Source: a virus
Lineage: Duplodnaviria; Caudoviricetes
Direction: 5' to 3' (one strand)
DNA: 24,954 bases
IMG/VR virus record: IMGVR_UViG_3300027679_000035
Location: 1 to 24,954 of that record
Part shown: piece by piece, positions 1 to 10,600 of the stretch
Numbering within the stretch: the first letter of the stretch is position 1
How the letters are laid out: the number at the start of each line of letters is the position of its first letter
The notes under the pieces: generated by a model
The model's input: only the letters and a program-made list of their open reading frames with translations
The model's database searches: none
What the model was told of the DNA's origin: nothing
Made by a program: the position numbers and the translations under genes

Positions 1-70
1 TTCAAAAACTGGTTGGAAATATACAAAATCAAAAGAAATAGCTTTGTTGATTTGGGAAAGTATTAAATAA
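1..70 (+). CDS. 3' end of an upstream gene (truncated by window edge)
   Basis: Frame 2 is open to TAA at 68-70 (SKTGWKYTKSKEIALLIWESIK*), 3 nt before the next ATG; frame 1 is also open to TAA at 64-66, so the frame is ambiguous. Confidence 0.35.
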   Translation, partial: SKTGWKYTKSKEIALLIWESIK

Positions 71-73
71 ACT

Positions 74-214
74 ATGAGTGCAAACATTAAAGCATCATTA
101 AACGGAACAACAGGAACAGATACAAATATCACATTCGGACTATTTGATGGTGATTTATGGATTGAAAATAGAACTGGATCAGAAAGAGATTACAGAATAC
201 AAGTAATTGGGTAA
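74..214 (+). CDS. small 46-aa protein, possibly a tail-fibre-related remnant
   Basis: Not in the ORF track; ATG 74 to TAA 214 reads MSANIKASLNGTTGTDTNITFGLFDGDLWIENRTGSERDYRIQVIG and fills the gap in a co-directional gene run. Confidence 0.55.
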   Translation: MSANIKASLNGTTGTDTNITFGLFDGDLWIENRTGSERDYRIQVIG

Positions 215-250
215 ATATGTAATCGTGATAACAATATTCTTACAAATACT

Positions 251-1024
251 ATGAGCTACTGCACACCTTGCCCACCATGCGACTCGGAATTTCCGCTGTT
301 GTGTGAACCACTTGAAACAACTGCCAATGGAAAACGATTGGTAGTAGAAGACTCTGCTGCTTGTCAGAAGACAATTCAGACTCCAGTTTCCCAACAAATC
401 TTAAAGACTGATGGTGCTGGAAATCTGACTTGGACTAACGGAGCAAACAGCACTGTCCTAGCTAAATCATCTACTGGAATTACAGAGTTTGCTACACTCA
501 ATAGTGTTCTTCAATCTGGCCCAGTTGATCTTGGTAGCCAGCCATTGACTACTACGGGAACATTGACTGTAGGTTCTCTAGCACCAACTCTTGCTATTAC
601 AGCATCGTCGCTGACTGTTACTGGAACAACATCAACTGCCGCGATTACTTCAAGCAGCACGATTCTTGCTAATGGTAACTCGTCTAAGATTGGATATGAC
701 ACTGGTGCTGGCGGGTCGATTACTCAAGGTGCAGGAGCAAAGACAAACTCTGTTACGATCAATCGTCCTACTGGAATTATCGTAACCGATAATGCGGCAC
801 TTGCAGCCGATACTTCCGTTACATTCAATGTAAGCAATACAGTTATTTCTGCTACAGACATTGTTGTTGTTAGTCATATTGCTGGAGGAACGCTTGGTTC
901 ATACAACCTTGCTGTAGCTCCAGCGGCTGGGAATGCTAACATCACCATTCGCAATATCACAGCAGGAAGTTTATCACAAGCACTGACATTGCGATTCATT
1001 GTAATCAAAAGCGTTAACGCCTAA
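251..1024 (+). CDS. virion structural / tail fibre-like protein
   Basis: 257 aa, Thr/Gly/Ser/Ala-rich beta-type sequence; Cys-rich N-terminus (CTPCPPC); C-terminal GYDTGAGGSITQ...SVTINRPTGII...ALTLRFIVIK domain of a type seen in phage fibre/decoration proteins; TAATG overlap with the next gene. Confidence 0.65.
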   Translation: MSYCTPCPPCDSEFPLLCEPLETTANGKRLVVEDSAACQKTIQTPVSQQILKTDGAGNLTWTNGANSTVLAKSSTGITEFATLNSVLQSGPVDLGSQPLTTTGTLTVGSLAPTLAITASSLTVTGTTSTAAITSSSTILANGNSSKIGYDTGAGGSITQGAGAKTNSVTINRPTGIIVTDNAALAADTSVTFNVSNTVISATDIVVVSHIAGGTLGSYNLAVAPAAGNANITIRNITAGSLSQALTLRFIVIKSVNA

Positions 1025-2871
1025 TGCCAGCAGATGGATCAGTCTTTGATGGGTTCACAAGTATCGTAGCGCAAGACGCAGATACTCACCCATCGTATTT
1101 GCCTCCATCAATGGTGGCAGAGTCTGTTAACAGAACATTCCGAGGAGGAATTAACAGAACAAGGCCAAGCATCCGTAACATCCCAATCGTAGCAGGGGAA
1201 GGCCAAGATGAGATTATCGTTAACGATATTCAGAATGGTAGCTTCCAAGGTTCATATCCATATCGGGCAACTAACTTAAATACCAACGATGGTATTCTTC
1301 TATCGGTATCTGGGGTGATCTACTTCCTAAAGGTAGTAAACAACATAGCCTACGCTTATAAGATCATCGAAGGAAATGACCCCGGCATGATGCACACATT
1401 CTTCGTGCAAGCTGAAGATCGAGTGTATATCCAGAACGGATACCAGAATGCGATTGCATGGGACGGAGACTTGAGCGTACCAGCGTATAGGCTGAATCCA
1501 TATTTGAAGAAGATGCCGATTGGGACTATCATGGAGTATGCCTTCGGGCGAGTATTCGTAACGGATAGACTCAACCAAATCTACGCTTCAGATATTATCT
1601 ACGGGGCAGGATTCACCGATACCAAGAATACAGAGAACTTCACAGAGATCGGATACTGGGCAGAGGGTGGGGCTTTCAGCACTCCATCTATGATGGGGAA
1701 TATCACAGGCATGAAGGTAATGCCACAGATTGGAACCAACCTCCGCGCCCAAGGTGCATTGGTCATCCTAACTGCTAACGGAGCATTCGCAATGGATGTG
1801 AGTATCCCAAGGGCGCAGTGGGCAACAACCAATATGCAGACGATCAGTTTGCTTGGACGGGGATGTACATCACCATCTACAGCTTTAGCTAACTCTGAGC
1901 TTTGGTTTAGATCACACGATGGTTGGGCATTCTATTCCAATAGCCAATCTGAATTTGCCAGATACTTCTCGCTTCGTAAACTATCTAGGGAAGTGAACAA
2001 GTGGGTATCAAATGATACTCCTTGGTTGAAGCAGTTCGCTTCTACGATGTTCTTCGATAACTATCTGATCAGTACAGTAGCACCAGAAACCTATCGGGCG
2101 GCAGGGGTAGAAGGATTGAATAGGTATCATCGGGGAATGGTAGTTCTTGACCTAGACCAATCTTCTTCACCCTCACCTGACGCACAGCTTTCTTTTCGCT
2201 GGAATGGCATCTGGACGGGCTTTAGACCAACTCAACTGCTATCTGCATTGATCGCTGGTCAGAAGCGTGGATTTGGATTCTCATTCGATAACGATAACAA
2301 GAATAGATTGTATGAGTTCACTAACTCTACTGGAAGTGATTTCGGTGCTAATGGAACTAGACAAATTGAATCGTTCTTCACATCGGGAAGGTATGACTTC
2401 GCGCAAAGTGGGGCATCGAACAAGTTCTTGAGGAAGCGAATTACTGGTGGAGAAATGTGGCTATCTGAAATCAAAGGAGAGGTCACAAGCAAAGCTGAGT
2501 TCAGGCCAGACTCCTATCCATGCTGGAGTGAGCTTAAAGTTCCTACAACCTATGGGTGTAACCCATGTTCACCCGTTCTAAAAACGCCATGCAACCCACG
2601 CAGGGGCGGAGACTCCTACAAGAGATACAAGTTTAACTCACCCGATCCGTCTGAATGTAATTACATTTCTGATATTCCAGTAATCGAAGGAAGTGAGTTT
2701 CAATTAAAGATTAACTTGACAGGGACAGCAACAGTGGACAGAGTAAGAATAATGGCAAACATTAAGAATTTGGAAGACTCTCCGATTGGTGACTGCCCAG
2801 AAAACGATCAAGAGTGTCCAGACATTAACTGCTGCCCAGAACGATATTACGACTACTCAATCAATGGATAA
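1024..2871 (+). CDS. probable tail nozzle / packaged-DNA stabilisation protein (P22 gp10 / T7 gp12-like beta-propeller)
   Basis: 615 aa with propeller-blade-like segments (MEYAFGRVFV, IYASD, RGCTSPSTALANSELWFRSHDG); size and position upstream of ejection genes fit podovirus gene order. Confidence 0.6.
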   Translation: MPADGSVFDGFTSIVAQDADTHPSYLPPSMVAESVNRTFRGGINRTRPSIRNIPIVAGEGQDEIIVNDIQNGSFQGSYPYRATNLNTNDGILLSVSGVIYFLKVVNNIAYAYKIIEGNDPGMMHTFFVQAEDRVYIQNGYQNAIAWDGDLSVPAYRLNPYLKKMPIGTIMEYAFGRVFVTDRLNQIYASDIIYGAGFTDTKNTENFTEIGYWAEGGAFSTPSMMGNITGMKVMPQIGTNLRAQGALVILTANGAFAMDVSIPRAQWATTNMQTISLLGRGCTSPSTALANSELWFRSHDGWAFYSNSQSEFARYFSLRKLSREVNKWVSNDTPWLKQFASTMFFDNYLISTVAPETYRAAGVEGLNRYHRGMVVLDLDQSSSPSPDAQLSFRWNGIWTGFRPTQLLSALIAGQKRGFGFSFDNDNKNRLYEFTNSTGSDFGANGTRQIESFFTSGRYDFAQSGASNKFLRKRITGGEMWLSEIKGEVTSKAEFRPDSYPCWSELKVPTTYGCNPCSPVLKTPCNPRRGGDSYKRYKFNSPDPSECNYISDIPVIEGSEFQLKINLTGTATVDRVRIMANIKNLEDSPIGDCPENDQECPDINCCPERYYDYSING

Positions 2872-3391
2872 TCAAGATTCCAGTCCAGCCTTAACATTTC
2901 CAAATGTTCCAATTGATTTCTGCCCTACAGGAAACTGGTCAGAAATCTTGCAAGAATTTATTGACGTTGTTCTAGTCAACGGAACGATCAACGTACCCGG
3001 ATTAGGTGACGTAACGCCAGAACAGATCGCTCAGATTGAAGAAGATTTAGCTGACCAACAGAATCAGATTGATGCGTTAGAAGCAGAAGGGGTTGCGCTT
3101 GACGCTCGCATTGATGTTCTTGAGTCTAACCCAGTAGTAAAAGTAAGATCAGGAAATATTGCCGTATCATCTGGAGACACAACAACTCTTGGAATAGCAT
3201 TCTCGTCTGCGCTACCAACAAGTGTGTATGGGATTTCACTTACTCCAGTTTATGCTTCTGGAACACCTCTAACAACCCCTTTATTTTCATTGGTAACTGG
3301 AAGTAAAACTACTGCTGGATTTACAGTTAGAGTTGATAATAATATTGCAGAAATAACGAGTTTGGACTGGATGGCGGTTCACACTTCGTAA
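2864..3391 (+). CDS. short tail fibre/needle-like protein (coiled coil plus C-terminal beta domain)
   Basis: True start is probably ATG 2864, overlapping the upstream stop, rather than 2786; heptad region (IAQIEEDLADQQNQIDALE...LDARIDVLE) followed by IAFSSALP...KTTAGFTVRV...LDWMAV, typical of fibre tip domains. Confidence 0.6.
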   Translation: MDNQDSSPALTFPNVPIDFCPTGNWSEILQEFIDVVLVNGTINVPGLGDVTPEQIAQIEEDLADQQNQIDALEAEGVALDARIDVLESNPVVKVRSGNIAVSSGDTTTLGIAFSSALPTSVYGISLTPVYASGTPLTTPLFSLVTGSKTTAGFTVRVDNNIAEITSLDWMAVHTS

Positions 3392-3418
3392 GTAATAAGC
3401 CATAAGAAAACCAAATAT

Positions 3419-3577
3419 ATGACACCACTAAAAGGAACTGATCCTAAGCTCGTCTCTGGCGGCGCACCAACTCGCGGTAAGATTGGCGAAGGAATGGGCA
3501 ATATGCCAAACCTTGGAGCCAAAAAGCCTAGCGTCTACACGACTGCTGGCACTCCACGCCAAGGCTACCAGAAGTAA
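3419..3577 (+). CDS. 52-aa basic Gly/Pro-rich small protein
   Basis: Not in the ORF track; ATG 3419 to TAA 3577: MTPLKGTDPKLVSGGAPTRGKIGEGMGNMPNLGAKKPSVYTTAGTPRQGYQK; A-rich leader like neighbouring genes; fills the gap. Confidence 0.7.
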   Translation: MTPLKGTDPKLVSGGAPTRGKIGEGMGNMPNLGAKKPSVYTTAGTPRQGYQK

Positions 3578-3592
3578 TTATCGTTAACGATA

Positions 3593-4555
3593 ATGGGTGA
3601 TACCCTCAAAGAGATGGCAGAACTCGTTAAGGGTTTTGTCGGAGATAGTGGCGTGTGTTCTGATGAGAGAGCTTTCAAAGCAATCAATCAGGCCAGACGC
3701 TTGCTATGGAATAAACGCGCATGGAATTCTCAAGAAGAGTACGTCCAGATTTGTTGCGTTAACGACTGCTTCACTCTACCTAACCGCTATGAGCAAATCA
3801 AGCTGGCGTGGGTAGGGAATGAATCAGTATCGTTAGCAGACGAATGGTTCAATGCAACCAACGCATTTGCGTTGAATGCTGACCAATCCTGCCATCGTTT
3901 GATTACGGAGGTAGGAGGAAAGCACGTTCTCTTTAGGGACTACACCACCCACTTCTATCGTTTAGGAGTGATGTTAGAAAGCGCAGAAGACATCGGCGTG
4001 ACTCTAACATTTGAGGTACAAGACCAGTATGATACCTATCATACAATCAAAGTAACTGGAGTTAATCCACCAGAACTAGCTCAATCTGATCTATTGATCA
4101 AAGGAGTAAGGTCAGTAGCTAAACCCGCAACCAAAGGAAGAGTAAGAATATATGCGTACGATACCGCGCTGGAAGCACAAACATTAATCTCAGTCTACCA
4201 ACCTAATGATGTTAACCCATCATTCCGTAGGTTCAAAGCACCAAGAACGTGCGAGTGTATTACTCTGTATGCTTCTAAGAGATACTTTGATCTGGTAGAC
4301 GAGCAAGAGCTAGTTGAGTTCATCCCAGACTCAATGATCTACGCTATCCTTGCTCTGAACTCCAGAGACAACAGGAAAGCTCAAGAGTTCTTGATGAACC
4401 TAGACCTTGCTATCAAAGAGCAGGAGAAGGAAATGACGGGCGAGGAGATACCAACTGCCGCTCCTATCCGATTTGCTAACTATAGCAGAGCAGAGAACCT
4501 AATCGGTTCTGACCTACTATCACCATCAGCCAACGATTACTTCTTGTATAGATGA
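3593..4555 (+). CDS. probable head-tail adaptor / tail tubular protein
   Basis: 320 aa; N-terminal helices (AFKAINQARRLLW), FTLP motif, beta-rich middle and C-terminal helices, as in podovirus adaptor proteins; lies in the tail module. Confidence 0.5.
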   Translation: MGDTLKEMAELVKGFVGDSGVCSDERAFKAINQARRLLWNKRAWNSQEEYVQICCVNDCFTLPNRYEQIKLAWVGNESVSLADEWFNATNAFALNADQSCHRLITEVGGKHVLFRDYTTHFYRLGVMLESAEDIGVTLTFEVQDQYDTYHTIKVTGVNPPELAQSDLLIKGVRSVAKPATKGRVRIYAYDTALEAQTLISVYQPNDVNPSFRRFKAPRTCECITLYASKRYFDLVDEQELVEFIPDSMIYAILALNSRDNRKAQEFLMNLDLAIKEQEKEMTGEEIPTAAPIRFANYSRAENLIGSDLLSPSANDYFLYR

Positions 4556-5067
4556 CACTAGAAACTACAGAGAATATCGCTGGTAAATTTGTTGGGAACT
4601 ACAAAGACCCAACAGAGTTTGTTGCATACCAAGACCCGCATGATGAACTCAATAAAATAGAAGCATGGTTAATCGAGCAACCACAAGTCGATTGTCCTCT
4701 TAAACATTCATTTACCCCTAATATGTACATTAGGGAAATCTTCATGCCAGCAGGATCGCTTGTAACTAGCGCACTACACCTTACTACTCATCCATTCTTT
4801 ATCTTAAAAGGAGATGTTAGCGTATGGTATTACGATTGTCCTATTGAACGATACAAAGCACCATACTCTGGAGTAACCAAAGCAGGGACTAGAAGACTTC
4901 TATACAACCATGAAGATACTATCTGGGTTGCGTGTTATGCTACTCAGTTGACAGATATAGAAGAACTCACTAAATCTCTTGTATGTACAGATATGAATCC
5001 ATTTATGGATATAAATGATCCAAGAATGCCATTGTGGGATCAAAATAAAATAAAGGAATTGCAATGA
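4552..5067 (+). CDS. cupin-like phage protein
   Basis: 171 aa; PQVDCPLKHSFTPNMYIREIFMPAGSLVTSALHLTTHPFFILKG...GTRR...HEDTIW is a cupin-type beta-barrel pattern; ATGA overlaps at both ends. Confidence 0.65.
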   Translation: MTLETTENIAGKFVGNYKDPTEFVAYQDPHDELNKIEAWLIEQPQVDCPLKHSFTPNMYIREIFMPAGSLVTSALHLTTHPFFILKGDVSVWYYDCPIERYKAPYSGVTKAGTRRLLYNHEDTIWVACYATQLTDIEELTKSLVCTDMNPFMDINDPRMPLWDQNKIKELQ

Positions 5068-6023
5068 AATCATGTCATTATCATCCAGAAGAATTACTAT
5101 ACAATAAACATACCCAAAAGTTTAATGTTTTTGCAGCTACAGCAACCGCATTGGGGGCTGGGGCTGCTTTATCGGCGGGAATTGGAGCGGCAACAGTCTC
5201 TGGAGTTATCGGTGCTGGAGCTACAATGCTTGCATCTGGACAAGCTAACAAAACAGCAAGAGCTGGGCAAAAACAATTAGGTGAACAAACAGCCAAAACG
5301 CAAGAAATGGCTGAGAGATTGCCAAAAGAAACTGGAAAAGTCTTGCGCGGGAACATCCCTGAGTACAATCAAGCTGCTGGAGAACTCACCGCAGGGACGT
5401 TGCAAGCACTAGAGCAATTTCAACCCGGAGCGGGGAAGCAAAGGCAACAGATTAGTGATTCTATATCTTCATTGCTAGGAGGGAAGCTAACTCCCGATAT
5501 GATGCAGAGTATAGCAGAGATAGGTGGGGCTGGGTTCAACCCATTCACAGCAGGACGTGCTGGAGGATTCCAGACTGCACAAGCGTTGTACCCTAAAGGG
5601 TCACTGGCTGCACTGAAAGAAGGATTTGGAATGTTCCAATCTATGATGGGGCTAGCACCAGCATTTCTAACTACTTCATCCCAAGCTGGAGCAATGGCAA
5701 CTAACCTTGGTGGTCTATCAGCGGCAGCGTTAGGAGGATCATACCAAGCAGGAGCAAACCAGATCGTAGGAAATATCGCATTAGCTAACCAACAAAACCA
5801 AGCTAACATGGGAACAGCAAGTGCGATTGGAGGAATTGGAAAATCTGCTGGTGATATATATGGACAATATGTACAACAAAGCTCTGGATTGCAAAGTTCA
5901 GGATTCTATGGCTCAAAAGCAGCAGCAGCGGAGGGATATGGAGTAGCACAGAATCAGTTAAGTCAACAAGGCGGTTCTGGTGGTGGGTACTACTACAATC
6001 CAAGCGGAACTTATAAAACATAA
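5064..6023 (+). CDS. DNA ejection/transfer internal virion protein (P22 gp7-like)
   Basis: 319 aa, very Gly/Ala/Gln-rich, with a hydrophobic Gly/Ala stretch near the N-terminus followed by a helical region; first of three increasing-size genes typical of ejection modules. Confidence 0.65.
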   Translation: MKSCHYHPEELLYNKHTQKFNVFAATATALGAGAALSAGIGAATVSGVIGAGATMLASGQANKTARAGQKQLGEQTAKTQEMAERLPKETGKVLRGNIPEYNQAAGELTAGTLQALEQFQPGAGKQRQQISDSISSLLGGKLTPDMMQSIAEIGGAGFNPFTAGRAGGFQTAQALYPKGSLAALKEGFGMFQSMMGLAPAFLTTSSQAGAMATNLGGLSAAALGGSYQAGANQIVGNIALANQQNQANMGTASAIGGIGKSAGDIYGQYVQQSSGLQSSGFYGSKAAAAEGYGVAQNQLSQQGGSGGGYYYNPSGTYKT

Positions 6024-6028
6024 ATATT

Positions 6029-7606
6029 ATGGCTATGATACCAGCAATGAGCGCAGCAGATTTCGGCACTGGCGGAACTGCCGTAATGAACTATGGAATG
6101 CAAATAGGAAAAGACTTAGCTGCATATGGAGAGAAGATCGGTCTTCAGATTAAAGATAACCGAGACAAGCAACAGGCTATGGGATCACTGCCAGCGTTAC
6201 AAGAAGCTATGCAATCATTCCAAGCTGGAGACAATGCGGCTGGGTATTCAACATTGCTTGGACTTGCGGCATCAGACCCATCTAATCAACCATTAAATAA
6301 TCTAATTAAACTAGGGTTCATGGGTGGTCAGTCTATTGAGGAGAGTAGATACAAGATGAGAATGGCTGATGCAGCTAACGCTAGGGTTACGGCTGGTACA
6401 CCATCTGGCCCATCAGGAAGTGAAAGATTAAGGGCTGGGATTCCAGCTTTGACGAATGGAGATACAGGGCAAGGTGACGTTATGACTAGTGCTACTGATC
6501 TGGCTACTCAACAGAGACAAGCCGACTTTGCGGGAGAATATCCAGATGAAGCAAAATATATGTCTAATCCAGATGTTCAAGCAGAACAGGATTTGAGAGG
6601 CTTGCAACCAGCTAAGTTTGATTTCAATCAAACTCCACCAGAGGTTCCTGAAGACAATGAACCTAAATATATAAATGAAGAGCATAAGGCTTTTGTTCCC
6701 GTTGTGCAGAACTACATGGCGGCATCACCAGATGTAAAACAACAAGTTCTTGCGGACGCAACAACAACTAAAATACCAAAAGGTTATGAAACAAGAAACT
6801 ATCCGGGGTTGTCAGAAATATTTCCAGAACTAACTGGGAAAATTCTGATCCCAGAAGTTGGAACAGTAACAAAAATTAGAAGAACTGTATCTACATCAGA
6901 TGAACCGGGTTCTGATATCAAAGAAACTCTTTCTGAGGTTGATGAGAAGACTGGAGAAGAACGATATAAATTCAATATAGAGACAGCAAATAGAATTCCT
7001 TCTGCTGTGAAGGCAATGACAAATCAAGCTCCATCAGGACAAAGGGAAACATTTTCTGAGTTATTTAAGAAAAATGGTGGAGTAGATAATGCTGTAATAT
7101 CTCAAGTAGGCATTGATATGTTCCAGTTAACATTTAAGGGTAATTCTAAAGATGCATACCCAATTAGTAAGGATCAAATGCAGCATCTACAAGTAGTACA
7201 GAACATACCAGCAATGTCTGGGTCTGGTTACCAGTTTGTTGCATCAGAAAAGAAAAAAGAAAAAGCAGTAGAAAGGTTCCCAGTAAAAGAAACGAAAACA
7301 AGAGCAACCGCTACCGCAACTCCAGAACGGACATCGGCAAAGACAAAAGCAATTGATGAGGAGCTACAGAAATTAAAAGAAAAAGAACTGGTAAATACCG
7401 CTGGGAAACGGAAAGAACGAATTGCAGAAATTGATAGAGAAATTGACAAGCTGGCACAAACATCGACTCGCCCCGCACCATCAACAGCTATGTATCCGAC
7501 TCGCAGAGAAGCAATCAGCTACAAGGGACAAGCCGATTTGCAAGCATCCAGAAAAAGAATATTAGAACTAGAAAAAGAGAAAGAGAAATTAATCAAGGGC
7601 CAATAA
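6029..7606 (+). CDS. internal virion / ejection protein (P22 gp20-like position)
   Basis: 525 aa, helical N-terminus and charged coiled-coil C-terminus; lies between the gp7-like gene and the giant gene. Confidence 0.55.
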   Translation: MAMIPAMSAADFGTGGTAVMNYGMQIGKDLAAYGEKIGLQIKDNRDKQQAMGSLPALQEAMQSFQAGDNAAGYSTLLGLAASDPSNQPLNNLIKLGFMGGQSIEESRYKMRMADAANARVTAGTPSGPSGSERLRAGIPALTNGDTGQGDVMTSATDLATQQRQADFAGEYPDEAKYMSNPDVQAEQDLRGLQPAKFDFNQTPPEVPEDNEPKYINEEHKAFVPVVQNYMAASPDVKQQVLADATTTKIPKGYETRNYPGLSEIFPELTGKILIPEVGTVTKIRRTVSTSDEPGSDIKETLSEVDEKTGEERYKFNIETANRIPSAVKAMTNQAPSGQRETFSELFKKNGGVDNAVISQVGIDMFQLTFKGNSKDAYPISKDQMQHLQVVQNIPAMSGSGYQFVASEKKKEKAVERFPVKETKTRATATATPERTSAKTKAIDEELQKLKEKELVNTAGKRKERIAEIDREIDKLAQTSTRPAPSTAMYPTRREAISYKGQADLQASRKRILELEKEKEKLIKGQ

Positions 7607-7646
7607 AGAACTTGAACCATCGGCATAGTGTTGGTATATCATTCTA

Positions 7647-10600
7647 ATGAATTTTACGTTCGATGAACTCAAGGTAGCTAGAGAGAGAGATTATTCGGAT
7701 GATGAAATTTGGGGAAAGCTAATCGAACAAGACAACTCTTTATCTGTTGCCAAGGAAAGAGGGTATTCATTAGAAGAGGTAGCATCAAAGTTATCTGGCA
7801 GACCGATCCCACAAGAACCCGAACCAGAACCATCTGGTGTACTAAGACAAGCAGCAGACATACCGATTAAAGTAGGTGAAGGTTTAGTTGGATCAGTAAA
7901 GAGCTTTGCTGATTTATTTGGAGCAGATAATGCGGTATCAAAAGAATTAGCTGGATATGAAGAATGGGTTGGTGGACTAGTGTCCGCTGAATCGAAGCAA
8001 GACTCTAAAGAGATCGCTAGGATTCTCAAGGATGCAGAAGATAAAGGAGTCTACGATAAAGTTATCGCGGGTCTTGAAGTGTTCGCTAAAGCTCCGCTAG
8101 AAATGACGGCGCAAAGCGTTGGGTATATGATCCCCCAACTTGCCGCTGGTGTACTAGGAAAAGCGGCTCAGTTCACTAAAGCTGGTATCATTGGAACGCA
8201 AGCTGCCATTGGATTTGCTCAAGGGGTAGGGCAAGCAAAAGGAGATATCTATACTGCCACTCTAGATTATCTACGCAAAGAAGGTTTGTCAGAAGGCGCA
8301 GCCCACGATAAAGCAACTGAAGCCCAAGCAACGCTAGGCAAGAACCTAGATCAGATTTTACTAAGCGGTGGATTGAATGCTGTGGCATCTTCAACTGGTG
8401 CTGAAGCTATCCTAACCCGTGTACTTACTAAGCAAGGCAAAGACGTAACTGAAGATTTAATTAAAGGAACAATAAAGGGTATTGCCGCAGAATCTCCTGT
8501 GGAAGCGATTCAAAGCGCACAACAAGAAGTTGCTAAAAATATTGGGGTACAAGGAGTGGGTGGCGATGTACCTACATTTAAGGGTGCTATCGAGAGTGCT
8601 ACTACTGGCGCGGTAGCTGGCGCATTTATGGGTGGGCCGCTGGGTGCATTTGAATCAATGAGTCCAGAGAGGAAGGCAGAGATAAAAATAGATGAAGCTG
8701 CTGAACAAGCCGCTAGAGATTTAGAGACTCCAAGTGATAACCCTGCCGCAATGGCATTATCAACTGAGATAACAAGGAATCAAGATGCCATCGAGAACCT
8801 TAGATCAGACTTGGATGCAATGGAGCCAAACGATCCTAGAGCGCAGAAACTCCGCTTTGATATATCCGATAGGCAGAAAGCATTAACTGATCTACAGCTT
8901 CAATACCAAAAGGTAACTGGTAATGATCAAGAAATCCCTGCTGTAAGCATAGCTGCATCTAAACGGATGGAGCTTGATAACAAGATCGAATCTCTTACTG
9001 AAGAGATCGGGATGGATGAAGAAGCATTGGCTACAATGGCAGAAGGATCACAAGAGAGGATCGACGCGCAAACTGCATTGGATAAAAAGAAAACAGACCT
9101 AGATGCCGTAAACAAAGAGGTTGAAGGATTATCGTTAACGATAAAACCACCAGTCGCAGAAGCTGCAACACCCTCCACTACTATCGAAGAAGCCAAGACA
9201 AAGATTGAAGAACTCAACACAGAGTTCGATGCTTTGGATGAGAATGATAAGGCCGGCATTGATAGGGTAAACACACAAATTTTCGCAGAGCAGAATAAGA
9301 TTGCTGAACTGACAGCAATCGAACAAGGAATCGATCCACAAGGCACAACTCCAACCCGTGAGATGGGTCTACCAGAGTCTGGCAGGAGATCACCATTCGG
9401 AACACTTTATAGAACTGACGATACTGGAAAAGCGGAGCGTCCGATACTCCAAGCATTCATGTCTGCTACAGACAAAGTAATAAGCGCATTACCAGCTTTC
9501 AATAAGGGGACGCAGAAGCTCAAGAACGCCATCAGAACGGGCATTGCAAACAATGCAGGGTTCCTAGCTGGAACGAACACCAAAGTCATTACTAGCGAGG
9601 ATTTCGGTAAGCTAACTGGGCGCAAGCAAGTAGCCGCCGACACAGGCACATACAAAGCTGTATTCGTTAAAGGACAAAAGTATCTTGTAGTTCCAGACAT
9701 CAATCAATTAGCAGGATTATCAATCAGAGGAGAACAGACAAGCACAAGTAGAGATGCGGCAATCGACCAAGAGTCACGGGCAGCAGCCAAGAAACTGGAA
9801 GAGGAAGTCATCCACCTCTCTATGTTCCAAGGTATACAAGACGAATATAAATCTCTCAAGAATCCAAAACTTTCAGAGCAAGAATATGTGGTAAAGCGAC
9901 TCTCCGATATTGTTAAAGAGGTGAAGCGCACCAACCCGAATGCACTGCCGGGCGTTTCCAATGCTTACCTAAACGATAAATCAAAACTCCTCGATGATCT
10001 TACCTTCTCCCAAGAGTTCATGCGTATGGTCATCCAGCGTGTAAGAACAGGCCAGATCACAGAAGATTTAAACGCTATCAGACAAGCCGAGAAAGAAGCA
10101 TTCTCAGACCAAGATAAGGGAGCTATCATCTCGCTCAAGAATTCCATTCTCAATGCACTTAGAGTAGTGCGAGACAGCATCACAAGATACCTTGGCAAGG
10201 GAACCTCTACTAAAGAAGTAGAGAAGATGCTGAACACGATGAATACCATCTTGGATGAGTATGGTATCGTGAAGGGAAAATCTAACTACGAGTTTAAAGA
10301 TTACTCTGCTGCTCAACCTAAAGGTGAACTGAAAGCAGAACCTATCGAAGAAGCTACTACTGCCGTAGAAACCCCAACTACACCAGTAACACGACCACTT
10401 CCAACTGATCAATTGCCAACAGAAACGCCGGGCGCAGGATATGGAAGAGAAGCTGAAGTATTCGATGTATTCTCTGAAGCAAAAAGAAAACCAGTAGAGT
10501 TAATACCAAACGCAGAAGTTACAGAAGAAGTAGAAGCAATAAATAGTCTTCCAGATGATGCAACATATGAGCAGATTGAAGCGGTTGCTCCAGCAACAAT

